NCBI GenBank assembly: GCA_966243015.1
Contig: CBIMES010000001.1
Coordinates: 298,076-362,075 of the forward strand
Origin: an uncultured bacterium
GTDB lineage: Bacteria; Patescibacteriota; Minisyncoccia; Phycocordibacterales; UBA6065
Direction of reading: 5' to 3'
Length of the DNA stretch: 64,000 nucleotides
A model generated the notes under the pieces. It saw only the letters and a program-made list of their open reading frames with translations, searched no databases and had not been told where the DNA came from. A program made the translations under genes and the position numbers. This document shows, in pieces, positions 16,509 through 24,418 of this stretch (positions are counted from its first letter, which is position 1; each line of letters starts with the position of its first letter).

Positions 16509-16562
16509 GTTGCGACGTTTTAGAGACGCTCGCGCGGGCAAATGCCTCTAAAACGTCGCAAC
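16509..16562. promoter_or_regulatory. Perfect 17-bp inverted repeat (gttgcgacgttttagag N20 ctctaaaacgtcgcaac) upstream of the transporter gene
   Basis: Seen directly in the sequence. No flanking U-tract, so it is not a canonical terminator. Candidate operator or structured element. Confidence 0.3.
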
Positions 16563-16629
16563 GGGTATAACCACTTTCAATGAACCTTTACTTCTATATT
16601 ATAGCACGATATTTATACAAAAGTCAAGT

Positions 16630-17016
16630 CTATGCAAGGTTGAGGCCGTCTGAGGCCTTGGAATACGCGTCCCAGTCGACGCCCAGCTCCCGAGCGAGCT
16701 CCCTTTCGATAAATGAGGCAAATGCGTGTTCCTTGTGATACGGCGCGTCTTCCCTGTCCCCCGGCTCGCTCGCGTCGCCCTCCGCCCTGCCCTTGTTGAA
16801 CTTAATGTCATAGGCATCTATGACGTCGTCACCTATGCCTCGATGCCTGCAAAGCGACAACTCCACGAGCTCGTGAATCGCGGTAAGCATCTCATACCTC
16901 CAATCGCCCATGTCAGACACAGACACTACCTCCCTGTCCCTTTCAACGTGATAGTCGGCGACAGTGTTGTATCGCTGAGCCGAGTCCGGGATGGTGCGTA
17001 TCTCTATGTTGAGCAC
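16630..17016 (-). CDS. Hypothetical acidic protein
   Basis: ORF 16630..17064 trimmed to the GTG at 17016 so that it does not overlap the upstream small gene. Confidence 0.4.
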   Translation of the reverse strand: MLNIEIRTIPDSAQRYNTVADYHVERDREVVSVSDMGDWRYEMLTAIHELVELSLCRHRGIGDDVIDAYDIKFNKGRAEGDASEPGDREDAPYHKEHAFASFIERELARELGVDWDAYSKASDGLNLA

Positions 17017-17020
17017 AGGT

Positions 17021-17194
17021 TTATTCTTCGATGATCTCTCCGAGTGATTCCTCCCCAGCCTCATCTGCAGCCTGGACCTCCTCGCCCGTCATGACGAAGT
17101 CCTTGGCAATAATAGTCCTATAGTAGGTAATGCTGATCGACGCGATGACGGCGATGGCTATTACCCAGGAAAGGACCTTTGATTTTCTATCCAT
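17021..17194 (-). CDS. Small membrane protein (57 aa) with an acidic C-terminus
   Basis: MDRKSKVLSWVIAIAVIASISITYYRTIIAKDFVMTGEEVQAADEAGEESLGEIIEE, found by manual translation. Below the ORF-track length cutoff. Confidence 0.35.
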   Translation of the reverse strand: MDRKSKVLSWVIAIAVIASISITYYRTIIAKDFVMTGEEVQAADEAGEESLGEIIEE

Positions 17195-17246
17195 AAATGA
17201 TTAGAATGGCACTGTTTACCCGACCGATCAAAACCTCACACTGCCC

Positions 17247-18611
17247 GTGAATATACTATTTATATCAAAGGATCTCATAGCGGGCAACGTTGCCCGGCTG
17301 CTCGTGCAGGAAGGCCACTCGGTCAAACTCTACATAGAGAACAGAAAGAGCCGACACAACTTCGACAACATGGTACCAAGGGTGACCAACTGGAAGGCGG
17401 AGCTATCCTGGGTTGGGAAGGACGGCCTCATCGTCTTTGACGATGTCGGGTACGGAGCCACCCAGGACAAACTCAGGAAACAGGGCTACACGGTATTCGG
17501 CGGCTCGGAAAAGGGAGAGAGAATAGAGACCGACAGGGAGTACGGCCAAGAGATATTTAGGATGTGCGGGATGAAGACCGTCGAGCTCAAGGACTTCGAG
17601 AATCTCGATGACGCCACCATGTTCGTCAAGGAAAACCCCGGCGAGTGGGTCATAAAAACCGACAATAGCAACGGCAAGTTCTACAGTTACGTGGGAGAGA
17701 TGCCGAATGGAGAGGACGTATTGTCCCTTCTCAGGAACTATCTGCTCCACAGCCCGATGAACAGGGAGCCTGTCACCCTCCACAAGAGAGTTCGCGGCGT
17801 CGAGATCGGCGTGGGCAGGTATTTTAACGGAACGGATTGGGTCGGACCCATCGAGTTTAATGTTGAGCATGTCCGGTTCCTCCCCGGGGATATAGGCCCC
17901 ACCACGAGCGAGATGGGAACGCTCGCATGGTATGACACCGACGAGACCAACAGGCTCTACACGGAGACGCTGGCACGAATAAAGCCCTTCCTCATCGAAT
18001 CAGGGTTCCGCGGGGACTTTGAGATAAACAGCATCGTGAACGAGACGGGAGCCTACCCGCTCGAGGCAACGGCCCGATTCGGCTCACCCATCGTGCACCT
18101 TCACTCAGAACTTCACGAGTCGCCCTGGGGCGAGCTTCTCTACGCGGTCGCGTCGGGAAGGCAGTACGACCTTAAATGGAAAAAAGGGTACGGCCTCGTC
18201 GCGCTTCTCGCCGTACCCCCATTCCCTTTCGCCAAGACCTCAAAGGAACACGACAACTACGGGATCAGGATTCACTTCAACGGCATGACGGATAAGGAGT
18301 TCAAGCATATCCATTTCGAGGAGGCATCGCTCTCGTCATTCGAGAAAGACCAGTACTACATCGCGGACAGGCAGGGGTACGTTCTTTATGTCACCTCATC
18401 CGCCCCATCAGTTAAGGAAGCCCAAGAAAAACTATACTCTCTGGCGAAGAAGGTAATTATTCCGAAGGTAATGTACCGAAACGATATTGGAACCAGGTTC
18501 GTAAATGAGAGCCAGGCTAAACTCAAATCCTGGGGTTATCTCGCCAATGAAGAAACCACAATTGACGTACTACCAGTAAAGGAGAGAGTTAACACGACCT
18601 TCGAAAGATAG
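17247..18611 (+). CDS. ATP-grasp protein related to phosphoribosylamine-glycine ligase (PurD-like)
   Basis: GPTTSEMGTLAW and ARFGSP resemble PurD GPNTGGMGAYS and CRFGDPE. GTG start. Confidence 0.6.
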   Translation: MNILFISKDLIAGNVARLLVQEGHSVKLYIENRKSRHNFDNMVPRVTNWKAELSWVGKDGLIVFDDVGYGATQDKLRKQGYTVFGGSEKGERIETDREYGQEIFRMCGMKTVELKDFENLDDATMFVKENPGEWVIKTDNSNGKFYSYVGEMPNGEDVLSLLRNYLLHSPMNREPVTLHKRVRGVEIGVGRYFNGTDWVGPIEFNVEHVRFLPGDIGPTTSEMGTLAWYDTDETNRLYTETLARIKPFLIESGFRGDFEINSIVNETGAYPLEATARFGSPIVHLHSELHESPWGELLYAVASGRQYDLKWKKGYGLVALLAVPPFPFAKTSKEHDNYGIRIHFNGMTDKEFKHIHFEEASLSSFEKDQYYIADRQGYVLYVTSSAPSVKEAQEKLYSLAKKVIIPKVMYRNDIGTRFVNESQAKLKSWGYLANEETTIDVLPVKERVNTTFER

Positions 18612-18642
18612 GCCCTTTTCTGCCCGGCTACCCGATCGACTC

Positions 18643-19110
18643 TCAGACATGCCTCCTCTCCGCCATCTTTATAAATAGCTCTTGCACTCCTTCAGGAAAC
18701 CCGTTTTTATAATCACCCAGGAACAGATCTCTAACCTCAAGCTGATAGAGCTTGAGTCCCGAGAGCTTATCGACACCGATCCACATCGGCTCATAGATCT
18801 GATTTCCCTCCTTGGCCTTCTCGAATTCCTCAGAACCCTCGCGAAGGGTCGGCTCGCCCGACACGTAGTCGCAGAGGTAGAAAAAATTCTCCTCGCCCGT
18901 ATCCCAGGTAATGTGATACACGAGCCTCCCCGCCTTGACCGCAACCGTTGTCTCCTCGTCAATCTCGCGTACGGCAGTCTGGTCCGGAGTCTCACCTTCC
19001 TCCTGCCCGCCTCCGGGAAACACCCAATACTCGTCGCCATTGTTAACACGGCGCATTACGAGAACCTTACCGTCCCTTATGACTATGCCTGCGGATCGAT
19101 TTCTTTTCAT
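18643..19110 (-). CDS. NUDIX hydrolase
   Basis: Nudix box GGGQEEGETPDQTAVREIDEETTV. Confidence 0.75.
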   Translation of the reverse strand: MKRNRSAGIVIRDGKVLVMRRVNNGDEYWVFPGGGQEEGETPDQTAVREIDEETTVAVKAGRLVYHITWDTGEENFFYLCDYVSGEPTLREGSEEFEKAKEGNQIYEPMWIGVDKLSGLKLYQLEVRDLFLGDYKNGFPEGVQELFIKMAERRHV

Positions 19111-19146
19111 GGTTTTGATATGGCAAAACATTTCTTCAGTCACGCA

Positions 19147-19494
19147 TTATAAACCCCTCACCCTCCTCAGCTCCCCAACCACCCTCTCCCACTCCCTCTT
19201 CTTGAGCTTCGCGGCGACGTCCTCCTGCCACTCTCCTATCGGCTGCCTGTACGAGACCTCCCGGGGAATCTGCGCGTCGGCGACGGCGTCCGAAAGCGCC
19301 TCAAACTCGCGGCCACCCGAGACACCCTCCCTCATGAGAAGGTCGGCGATGGCATAGGAGGCCTGCTCCTCGGTCATGGTTCCGAGGTCGACGGCCGAGA
19401 CCCACGCCTCGCAGCGAGAGATGATGTCGCTTTTGGTCATGGAGACATCATACCCTAGAGCGTCCTGATTTTCCCCTTCGATTACCTGGACCAT
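19147..19494 (-). CDS. Hypothetical protein
   Basis: 115-aa ORF with coding-like composition. Confidence 0.4.
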   Translation of the reverse strand: MVQVIEGENQDALGYDVSMTKSDIISRCEAWVSAVDLGTMTEEQASYAIADLLMREGVSGGREFEALSDAVADAQIPREVSYRQPIGEWQEDVAAKLKKREWERVVGELRRVRGL

Positions 19495-19538
19495 ATTTTT
19501 ATAAAGATTTTATCCCCTCTTTGCTATACTGGTGCCAC

Positions 19539-20765
19539 ATGATACATCACGGCCAGTGCCCAAACGGTCTTAAAGTTACCATCGTCCCCATGGAAGCGCG
19601 CAGCGTAGGGGTGTGCCTTATCGGAAACGCGGGAGGACTTCAAGCGTCGCCCGGCCTGGCGCACTTTCTTGAGCACACCGTCCTCTGCGCGACGATAAAG
19701 TACCCGGACTTCGTCTCCCTGGCAAATACCGTAGACACTACGGGTGCCTGGCGCAATGCCATGACGAGCCAGGAGGACATGCGCTTTGTCTTCAAATGCC
19801 TACCCGAACACCTCCCCCGAGCTCTCGACTTCCTCGCCGAGGTTGTCGTGAATCCCCTCCTCCTCGAATCTGACGTATCAAAACAGAAGGATATCATCAC
19901 CCAAGAGATCAACGGGGACCGCAATGACCTCATGTCGAGCGCGTTCAAAGCGGCGCTGAATGGCCTCTATGACGGAAAGGGGCCAGGCGTGCCCGTGCTC
20001 GGCACGGAATCTGACGTCAGAGCGCTCTCGAGGGACGATCTCGTCGCCTTTCACCGAAATGCATTCGTGGCGGGCAATTTCCGTCTCGTAATCTGCGGCA
20101 AGGTACGTCCCGAGGACGCCATGCCTGTCATCGAATCAACCCTGGGCCGCATGCCCCAGGGAGAATCATTGGCCCTTTCGCCTTCCGAGGCGTGGATGAG
20201 CGACCTTGGAGTTGCCCGAAGCGTCGAAAGGCGCGAAAGCGCCCGTCAGGCTGTCGTGGCAGTCGCGTGGAAGGCGCCGAACGCAAACGGCAGGCTCGCT
20301 CGGGCAACCTATCTCCTCAAAATTTTGATAGCTGATGGCAGGCTTTCGCGCCTCTGGCAGTCTCTGCGCCAGGAGAATCCGCTGACCTACTCGACGCGCT
20401 GCATGTACAATCGATACCGCAGCTTCGGCTATTTCATCGTCGGAGCGGGCCTCGCTGAAGGCAATATAGACCGAGCGCTAGAAGAGGTTCGTGGAATAAT
20501 GAAAGACCTTTCGGAACGGCTCGTGAGCGACGATGACCTCGAGCGGGCCAAAAACCTTGCGAGAGCATACCTCCTGTTCGAGTCCGATTCACCCTTCGAA
20601 ATGGCGACATACTACGCGTCGAAACTCCTCTACGAAGACTCGTTCGTTAGCCTCGAGGACGAGCTCGAACAGTATCGCCTCGTCACCAAGGAGGACGTTC
20701 GGGAGGCGGCGGCGTACATTATGAGCCAGAACGAGTCCGTCGCCGTCATCACACCGACGAAATAA
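19539..20765 (+). CDS. M16 family zinc peptidase (pitrilysin/insulinase-like)
   Basis: Inverted zinc motif HFLEHTV (HxxEH) and an N-terminal PNGLKV. Start placed at the ATG at 19539. Confidence 0.8.
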   Translation: MIHHGQCPNGLKVTIVPMEARSVGVCLIGNAGGLQASPGLAHFLEHTVLCATIKYPDFVSLANTVDTTGAWRNAMTSQEDMRFVFKCLPEHLPRALDFLAEVVVNPLLLESDVSKQKDIITQEINGDRNDLMSSAFKAALNGLYDGKGPGVPVLGTESDVRALSRDDLVAFHRNAFVAGNFRLVICGKVRPEDAMPVIESTLGRMPQGESLALSPSEAWMSDLGVARSVERRESARQAVVAVAWKAPNANGRLARATYLLKILIADGRLSRLWQSLRQENPLTYSTRCMYNRYRSFGYFIVGAGLAEGNIDRALEEVRGIMKDLSERLVSDDDLERAKNLARAYLLFESDSPFEMATYYASKLLYEDSFVSLEDELEQYRLVTKEDVREAAAYIMSQNESVAVITPTK

Positions 20766-20788
20766 CAGACTGTTTTACCGCCAAAGAA

Positions 20789-20818
20789 AAGGCGTGTAAT
20801 CGAGAGATTACACGCCTG
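20789..20818. terminator. Hairpin (ggcgtgtaatc gagag gattacacgcc) between convergent genes
   Basis: 11-bp perfect stem. On minus it is followed by tttctttggcgg. Sits downstream of the M16 peptidase on plus and of the small ORFs on minus. Confidence 0.4.
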
Positions 20819-20849
20819 AATGCGATTGAAGGAAAAGCCGACCCGAAGG

Positions 20850-21011
20850 TCACTTATCGCTTCCACCGCCGCAGTCTCCGTCGCAGGGAGCGCCGCCGGA
20901 ACCGCAGTTCCCGTCGCACTCCTCGTTCTGGAGGGGCTGAATAGTAGACAAGGGATTCATGAAGAAGTCCTCGATCAAGGGTTGTGGTCTTACGATGCTG
21001 TGTCCGCTCAT
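20850..21011 (-). CDS. Small Cys/Gly/Asp-rich protein (53 aa), hypothetical
   Basis: MSGHSIVRPQPLIEDFFMNPLSTIQPLQNEECDGNCGSGGAPCDGDCGGGSDK by manual translation. Same frame as the upstream acidic ORF, separated from it by one TGA and 9 codons. Confidence 0.25.
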   Translation of the reverse strand: MSGHSIVRPQPLIEDFFMNPLSTIQPLQNEECDGNCGSGGAPCDGDCGGGSDK

Positions 21012-21038
21012 CGGGTCGAGCGGAAGACGCCAAAGGAA

Positions 21039-21269
21039 TCAGAGGGGTTCGTCGCGCCAGTCGATGTCCAGGCGATGCGATGTCTCGAAGTTCCAGTCGT
21101 CGCGTGCGGTTACGGGCGCTTCCGCGCCGTTACCGCCCTCAAGGTCTGGCTCCGGCCCCTCTTCCTCGTCCTCTAGGGCGCGCCTCGGATAGACCGGGCG
21201 TCCCGTATGTGATGTCTTTCTCATAAGGTGCTCCTCAAAAGTGATACTAGGAGCAACGGGCGAAAACAC
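21039..21269 (-). CDS. Small acidic protein, hypothetical
   Basis: 76-aa ORF with GC3-rich codons. AT-rich putative promoter region upstream and a terminator context downstream. Confidence 0.3.
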   Translation of the reverse strand: MFSPVAPSITFEEHLMRKTSHTGRPVYPRRALEDEEEGPEPDLEGGNGAEAPVTARDDWNFETSHRLDIDWRDEPL

Positions 21270-21322
21270 CTATAAATTAAAAATAAAAACACCTTAAAAC
21301 TTTGCATAAGAAAATATAAAAA

Positions 21323-21359
21323 CTTTCCGCGGCGAGTCATTGCGATTCGCCGCGGAAAG
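21323..21359. terminator. Strong bidirectional rho-independent terminator (ctttccgcggcga...tcgccgcggaaag + TTTTT)
   Basis: 13-bp stem. T-run after it on plus and an A-run before it. Confidence 0.5.
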
Positions 21360-21455
21360 TTTTTGAATAAAGAACGACACCGCCCCTGGGCGGCTCTGTA
21401 TCAAGTTTAAAAGGGATTGAATTAAGATTTGATAAAGAATAAATAAAGAAACGAT

Positions 21456-21481
21456 AAAGCCCCACCACGGGATGGGGCTTT
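21456..21481 (-). terminator. Terminator for the secreted-protein gene 21525..22082
   Basis: aaagcccca ccacgggat ggggcttt; on minus it is followed by a long T-rich tract. Confidence 0.45.
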
Positions 21482-21524
21482 ACGAACCCGGTGGGAGGTG
21501 TCCACAGACACCCTTCCACCGAGT

Positions 21525-22082
21525 CTACCTGTCGAGCGTATTGATGCCCTCGAGATTATCCTTCATCACGAGCCTGAGTGCGGAGATGATTCGGGCCTTG
21601 ACCTCGGCCGACGCCGCGGACTCAAACTTCGCGATCCTGCCGGCAAAGACCCTCGCGTTGCTTTCAAGCGCCGCGTGGTCCTTCGAGGCGAGGAAGCCGT
21701 ACCACGGATACGCAAGCGTAGTGGAGCCCGTTGAAGACACCGTCACCGTCGTGCCGATCGTTCCGGGAATAAACCACAGGTACTTTGCCGGCTCGCGGTA
21801 GGTAAGAGAGACGCTGTCGTCCGTGCCAAGGAAGATGCGCGAGGCGTTCTCGTCCTGTTCGATGATCGAGGCAACATACGCATCGAGATCGGGTGCCGTC
21901 TTAACCCCTCCAAATGCCAAGGTCAGCTCGTCGAGCGGGGCCAACTCAACCGTCTCGGCGGACACCGTAGTGCTTGCTGCGACCGCGGCGGTCGCAGGAA
22001 GGGCCTCTGCCACCTGGGCAGACGCAGGTGCCGCGGACACGAGGAAGGTCATAATAGTGAGAACCGTAAGAGTGTATTTCAT
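21525..22082 (-). CDS. Secreted hypothetical protein (signal peptide)
   Basis: N-terminal MKYTLTVLTIMTFLVSAAPASA signal; Ala/Thr-rich mature part. Confidence 0.6.
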   Translation of the reverse strand: MKYTLTVLTIMTFLVSAAPASAQVAEALPATAAVAASTTVSAETVELAPLDELTLAFGGVKTAPDLDAYVASIIEQDENASRIFLGTDDSVSLTYREPAKYLWFIPGTIGTTVTVSSTGSTTLAYPWYGFLASKDHAALESNARVFAGRIAKFESAASAEVKARIISALRLVMKDNLEGINTLDR

Positions 22083-22105
22083 GATGTGTGATTGATAAGC
22101 CTCAA

Positions 22106-24325
22106 TTATTCCTCGTTATAAACAGGCGTGACACCCCTCTGGTTTACGCGCAGCACGAGTATGTCTGCCGGGAGAACGCCGCTTGGGTCAGTTCCTCTCA
22201 GGGTAATGTAATAATTCTGGCACGAACCCATTCCACAAGCACCCCGAATCTGCTCTGAAATGCTGAAGGCGAACGAGACCGATGAGCCCGTCACCGGGAC
22301 CGAAGGAGCCGCGGAGAACGATCCGCCGCCCAGGGAGAATGTCATGACCGTGCTCGTAGGAAGCGCCGGCGCGATTGATTGGACGCTGATGTTAACAGGG
22401 CCGGTGAATGAGCCCGTTCTGTTAATGGGTATATTGATCTGCTCGGACACGGCAGATCCCCGAGAGAAAGCCGTGACGCTCACATCTCGATCCGCGCCGA
22501 GAGTGAATCCGTCAGGATTAGGGCACGACGGAGGGCAGCCTGCCTCTGGCGGGGCGACAGCGTCGGTTACCGTTACAAAGGCCTGGGCCGACGAAAAGCC
22601 GACACCGTTAGAGCAGCTCACGGAATAATACTTGGTACCCGTGGTCGTCGGCGTCACGGAACGCGATCCAGAGCCCGTGCTCGAACCACTCCAGCTACCC
22701 GCGCCCGCAGATGCCGTTGACGCAGAGCAGACGGCATTCAAATCGTTGGTTGTCCACGTAAGGGTCGATGAATTGCCCAGGGTTACGCTTGTAGGCGATG
22801 CGGACAGCGAAACCGTCGGAACAGGCGAACACGTAGGGAAATCCACGGCACCATTTCCACACTGGTTAACCCCCACGACGGCGCTCGCCCTCACCCAGTC
22901 TACTGAATTCCAGCACTCCATCTCGTAAGTCTTGATGCCCGATGTCGTCGGAGTCACGCTCTGGCTTCCGTTGACGATTTTATTTCCGTTCCAAGATCCA
23001 GATCCTGATGAGATAGGAGGGAGCGCCATGCAGCTTACGCCCGATCCCGTAGTCGTCCACGTGAGAGTTGTGGGCGAACCGAGATAGATGTTCTGCGGAG
23101 AAGCCGTAATGGTAAGCGTAGGGCCCTCGGTAGGCAGATCCTCGGTACACGTTGGGTAGTCTGACGCGCCATTGGCACAGGTTTCGGGACCCCAGAACTG
23201 TATGAGAACAGCACCGGGACCCCCGATGCTCGTAGGAGACTGGAAAGGCTTCGCTACGCCCTCTGCCTGGAAGGAAGTCCAGGCGCCATTAATATTGAGC
23301 TGCGCGGAGTAATCAGAATCACCGTTTCGGGAAAGGTACTCATAGTCAGCGTTCAGGAAAGGAACCTCGACAAACGAGCTTCCTCCTCCGCCACCGTTGC
23401 CCATGGTATCGCCGGTCACGACCGATCCGCCCGAACCGCCCTTGTGACCACCGCCACCACCGCCGCCGCCTCCCTTTCGCCCAGAAGTCGGGGTGCTTCC
23501 ACCTCCGCCGCCTCCGCCGTTAAAACCTCCGGAACCGCTTGAGTACGTAGGCGTGAGAGAGCCGTTGGTGTTTCCGGTTCCATAACCACCCTGCTCGTAG
23601 ACGCCGGTCTGCGTTGCCGTACAAGAAGAGCCTATCGGACCGAACGAGTTAATGCAGCCTGAGAACGCGAAAGTGTCGACGCCCCCGGCGCCGCCGCCGC
23701 TTCCGCCACCGTTGCCACCATTTGGAGTTCCTCCGGCGCCGCCGCCGTTACCGCCATAAGGACTGTCTTCCTGTGCGTCGACACCCTCACCACCCCCTCC
23801 ACCCGCCCAGACAGCGCCGCCGCTCGAGAGAGTGACCTTGCTAAATCCGCCTCCTCCGGCCGCAGGGTCAGAGAATCGAGTCTGTCCGCCCCCATAACCT
23901 CCCCCACCCACGACAGCGGAAACACCAACCCCTGGTGATACAGGAAAAGTCGCCCTGACGAGGGCGCCTGAACCTCCTGAGTTTGAGTTTCCCACGGAGC
24001 CTCCGGCTGCGCCCCAAGCCTTTATAGTGACAGAGTTCGCGCCCTGTGGAGTGGCCGTATACCCCGTGGCCGCCGTAAGGCCATACACGAGCGCAAACTC
24101 TTGGATAAGACATACGGGGCCGAAAAGAAGGCCGCCGTCCTTACACATGCCAGACCTCCCCGTATCCACCATGCCAGTGCCAAATGGGCCACTCGGAATA
24201 AGAGGGCCCGAGAACCCTCCCGGACTGCTCGGAACGACAAACTGCGCGCTCGTCGACAGCGGATAAAGATATGGACTCACCACGAACGCAAGGACGAGCG
24301 CAATCGATGTCAATTTTTTAGTCAT
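22106..24325 (-). CDS. Large secreted glycine-rich protein with two tandem ~100-aa Ig-like repeats
   Basis: Start set at MTKKLTSIALVLAFVV (signal peptide). Long Gly runs (GGGGGGGGGHKGGSGG). Repeats ..TLTWTT..SVTPTT.G.K.Y...C.N.. occur twice. Perfect TATAAT 7 nt upstream of the ATG. Confidence 0.7.
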   Translation of the reverse strand: MTKKLTSIALVLAFVVSPYLYPLSTSAQFVVPSSPGGFSGPLIPSGPFGTGMVDTGRSGMCKDGGLLFGPVCLIQEFALVYGLTAATGYTATPQGANSVTIKAWGAAGGSVGNSNSGGSGALVRATFPVSPGVGVSAVVGGGGYGGGQTRFSDPAAGGGGFSKVTLSSGGAVWAGGGGGEGVDAQEDSPYGGNGGGAGGTPNGGNGGGSGGGAGGVDTFAFSGCINSFGPIGSSCTATQTGVYEQGGYGTGNTNGSLTPTYSSGSGGFNGGGGGGGSTPTSGRKGGGGGGGGGHKGGSGGSVVTGDTMGNGGGGGSSFVEVPFLNADYEYLSRNGDSDYSAQLNINGAWTSFQAEGVAKPFQSPTSIGGPGAVLIQFWGPETCANGASDYPTCTEDLPTEGPTLTITASPQNIYLGSPTTLTWTTTGSGVSCMALPPISSGSGSWNGNKIVNGSQSVTPTTSGIKTYEMECWNSVDWVRASAVVGVNQCGNGAVDFPTCSPVPTVSLSASPTSVTLGNSSTLTWTTNDLNAVCSASTASAGAGSWSGSSTGSGSRSVTPTTTGTKYYSVSCSNGVGFSSAQAFVTVTDAVAPPEAGCPPSCPNPDGFTLGADRDVSVTAFSRGSAVSEQINIPINRTGSFTGPVNISVQSIAPALPTSTVMTFSLGGGSFSAAPSVPVTGSSVSFAFSISEQIRGACGMGSCQNYYITLRGTDPSGVLPADILVLRVNQRGVTPVYNEE

Positions 24326-24418
24326 GGGAATATTATAGCAAGGCACGAGAAGATGCGAAGGGCCCAATGCACAAGAAAAAGGAGCCTCGTCAGGGCCCCT
24401 TGAAATATTTAACGACGT

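Noticed and set aside
20820-21176. 118-aa plus-strand ORF with an RRSLIAS twin-arginine-like N-terminus
   Set aside because: It starts immediately at the end of a terminator hairpin with no promoter space. Its composition is Ala/Val-rich, as expected for antisense of GC-rich coding. The terminator and promoter layout fits the minus-strand ORFs better. Left as an alternative in findings.
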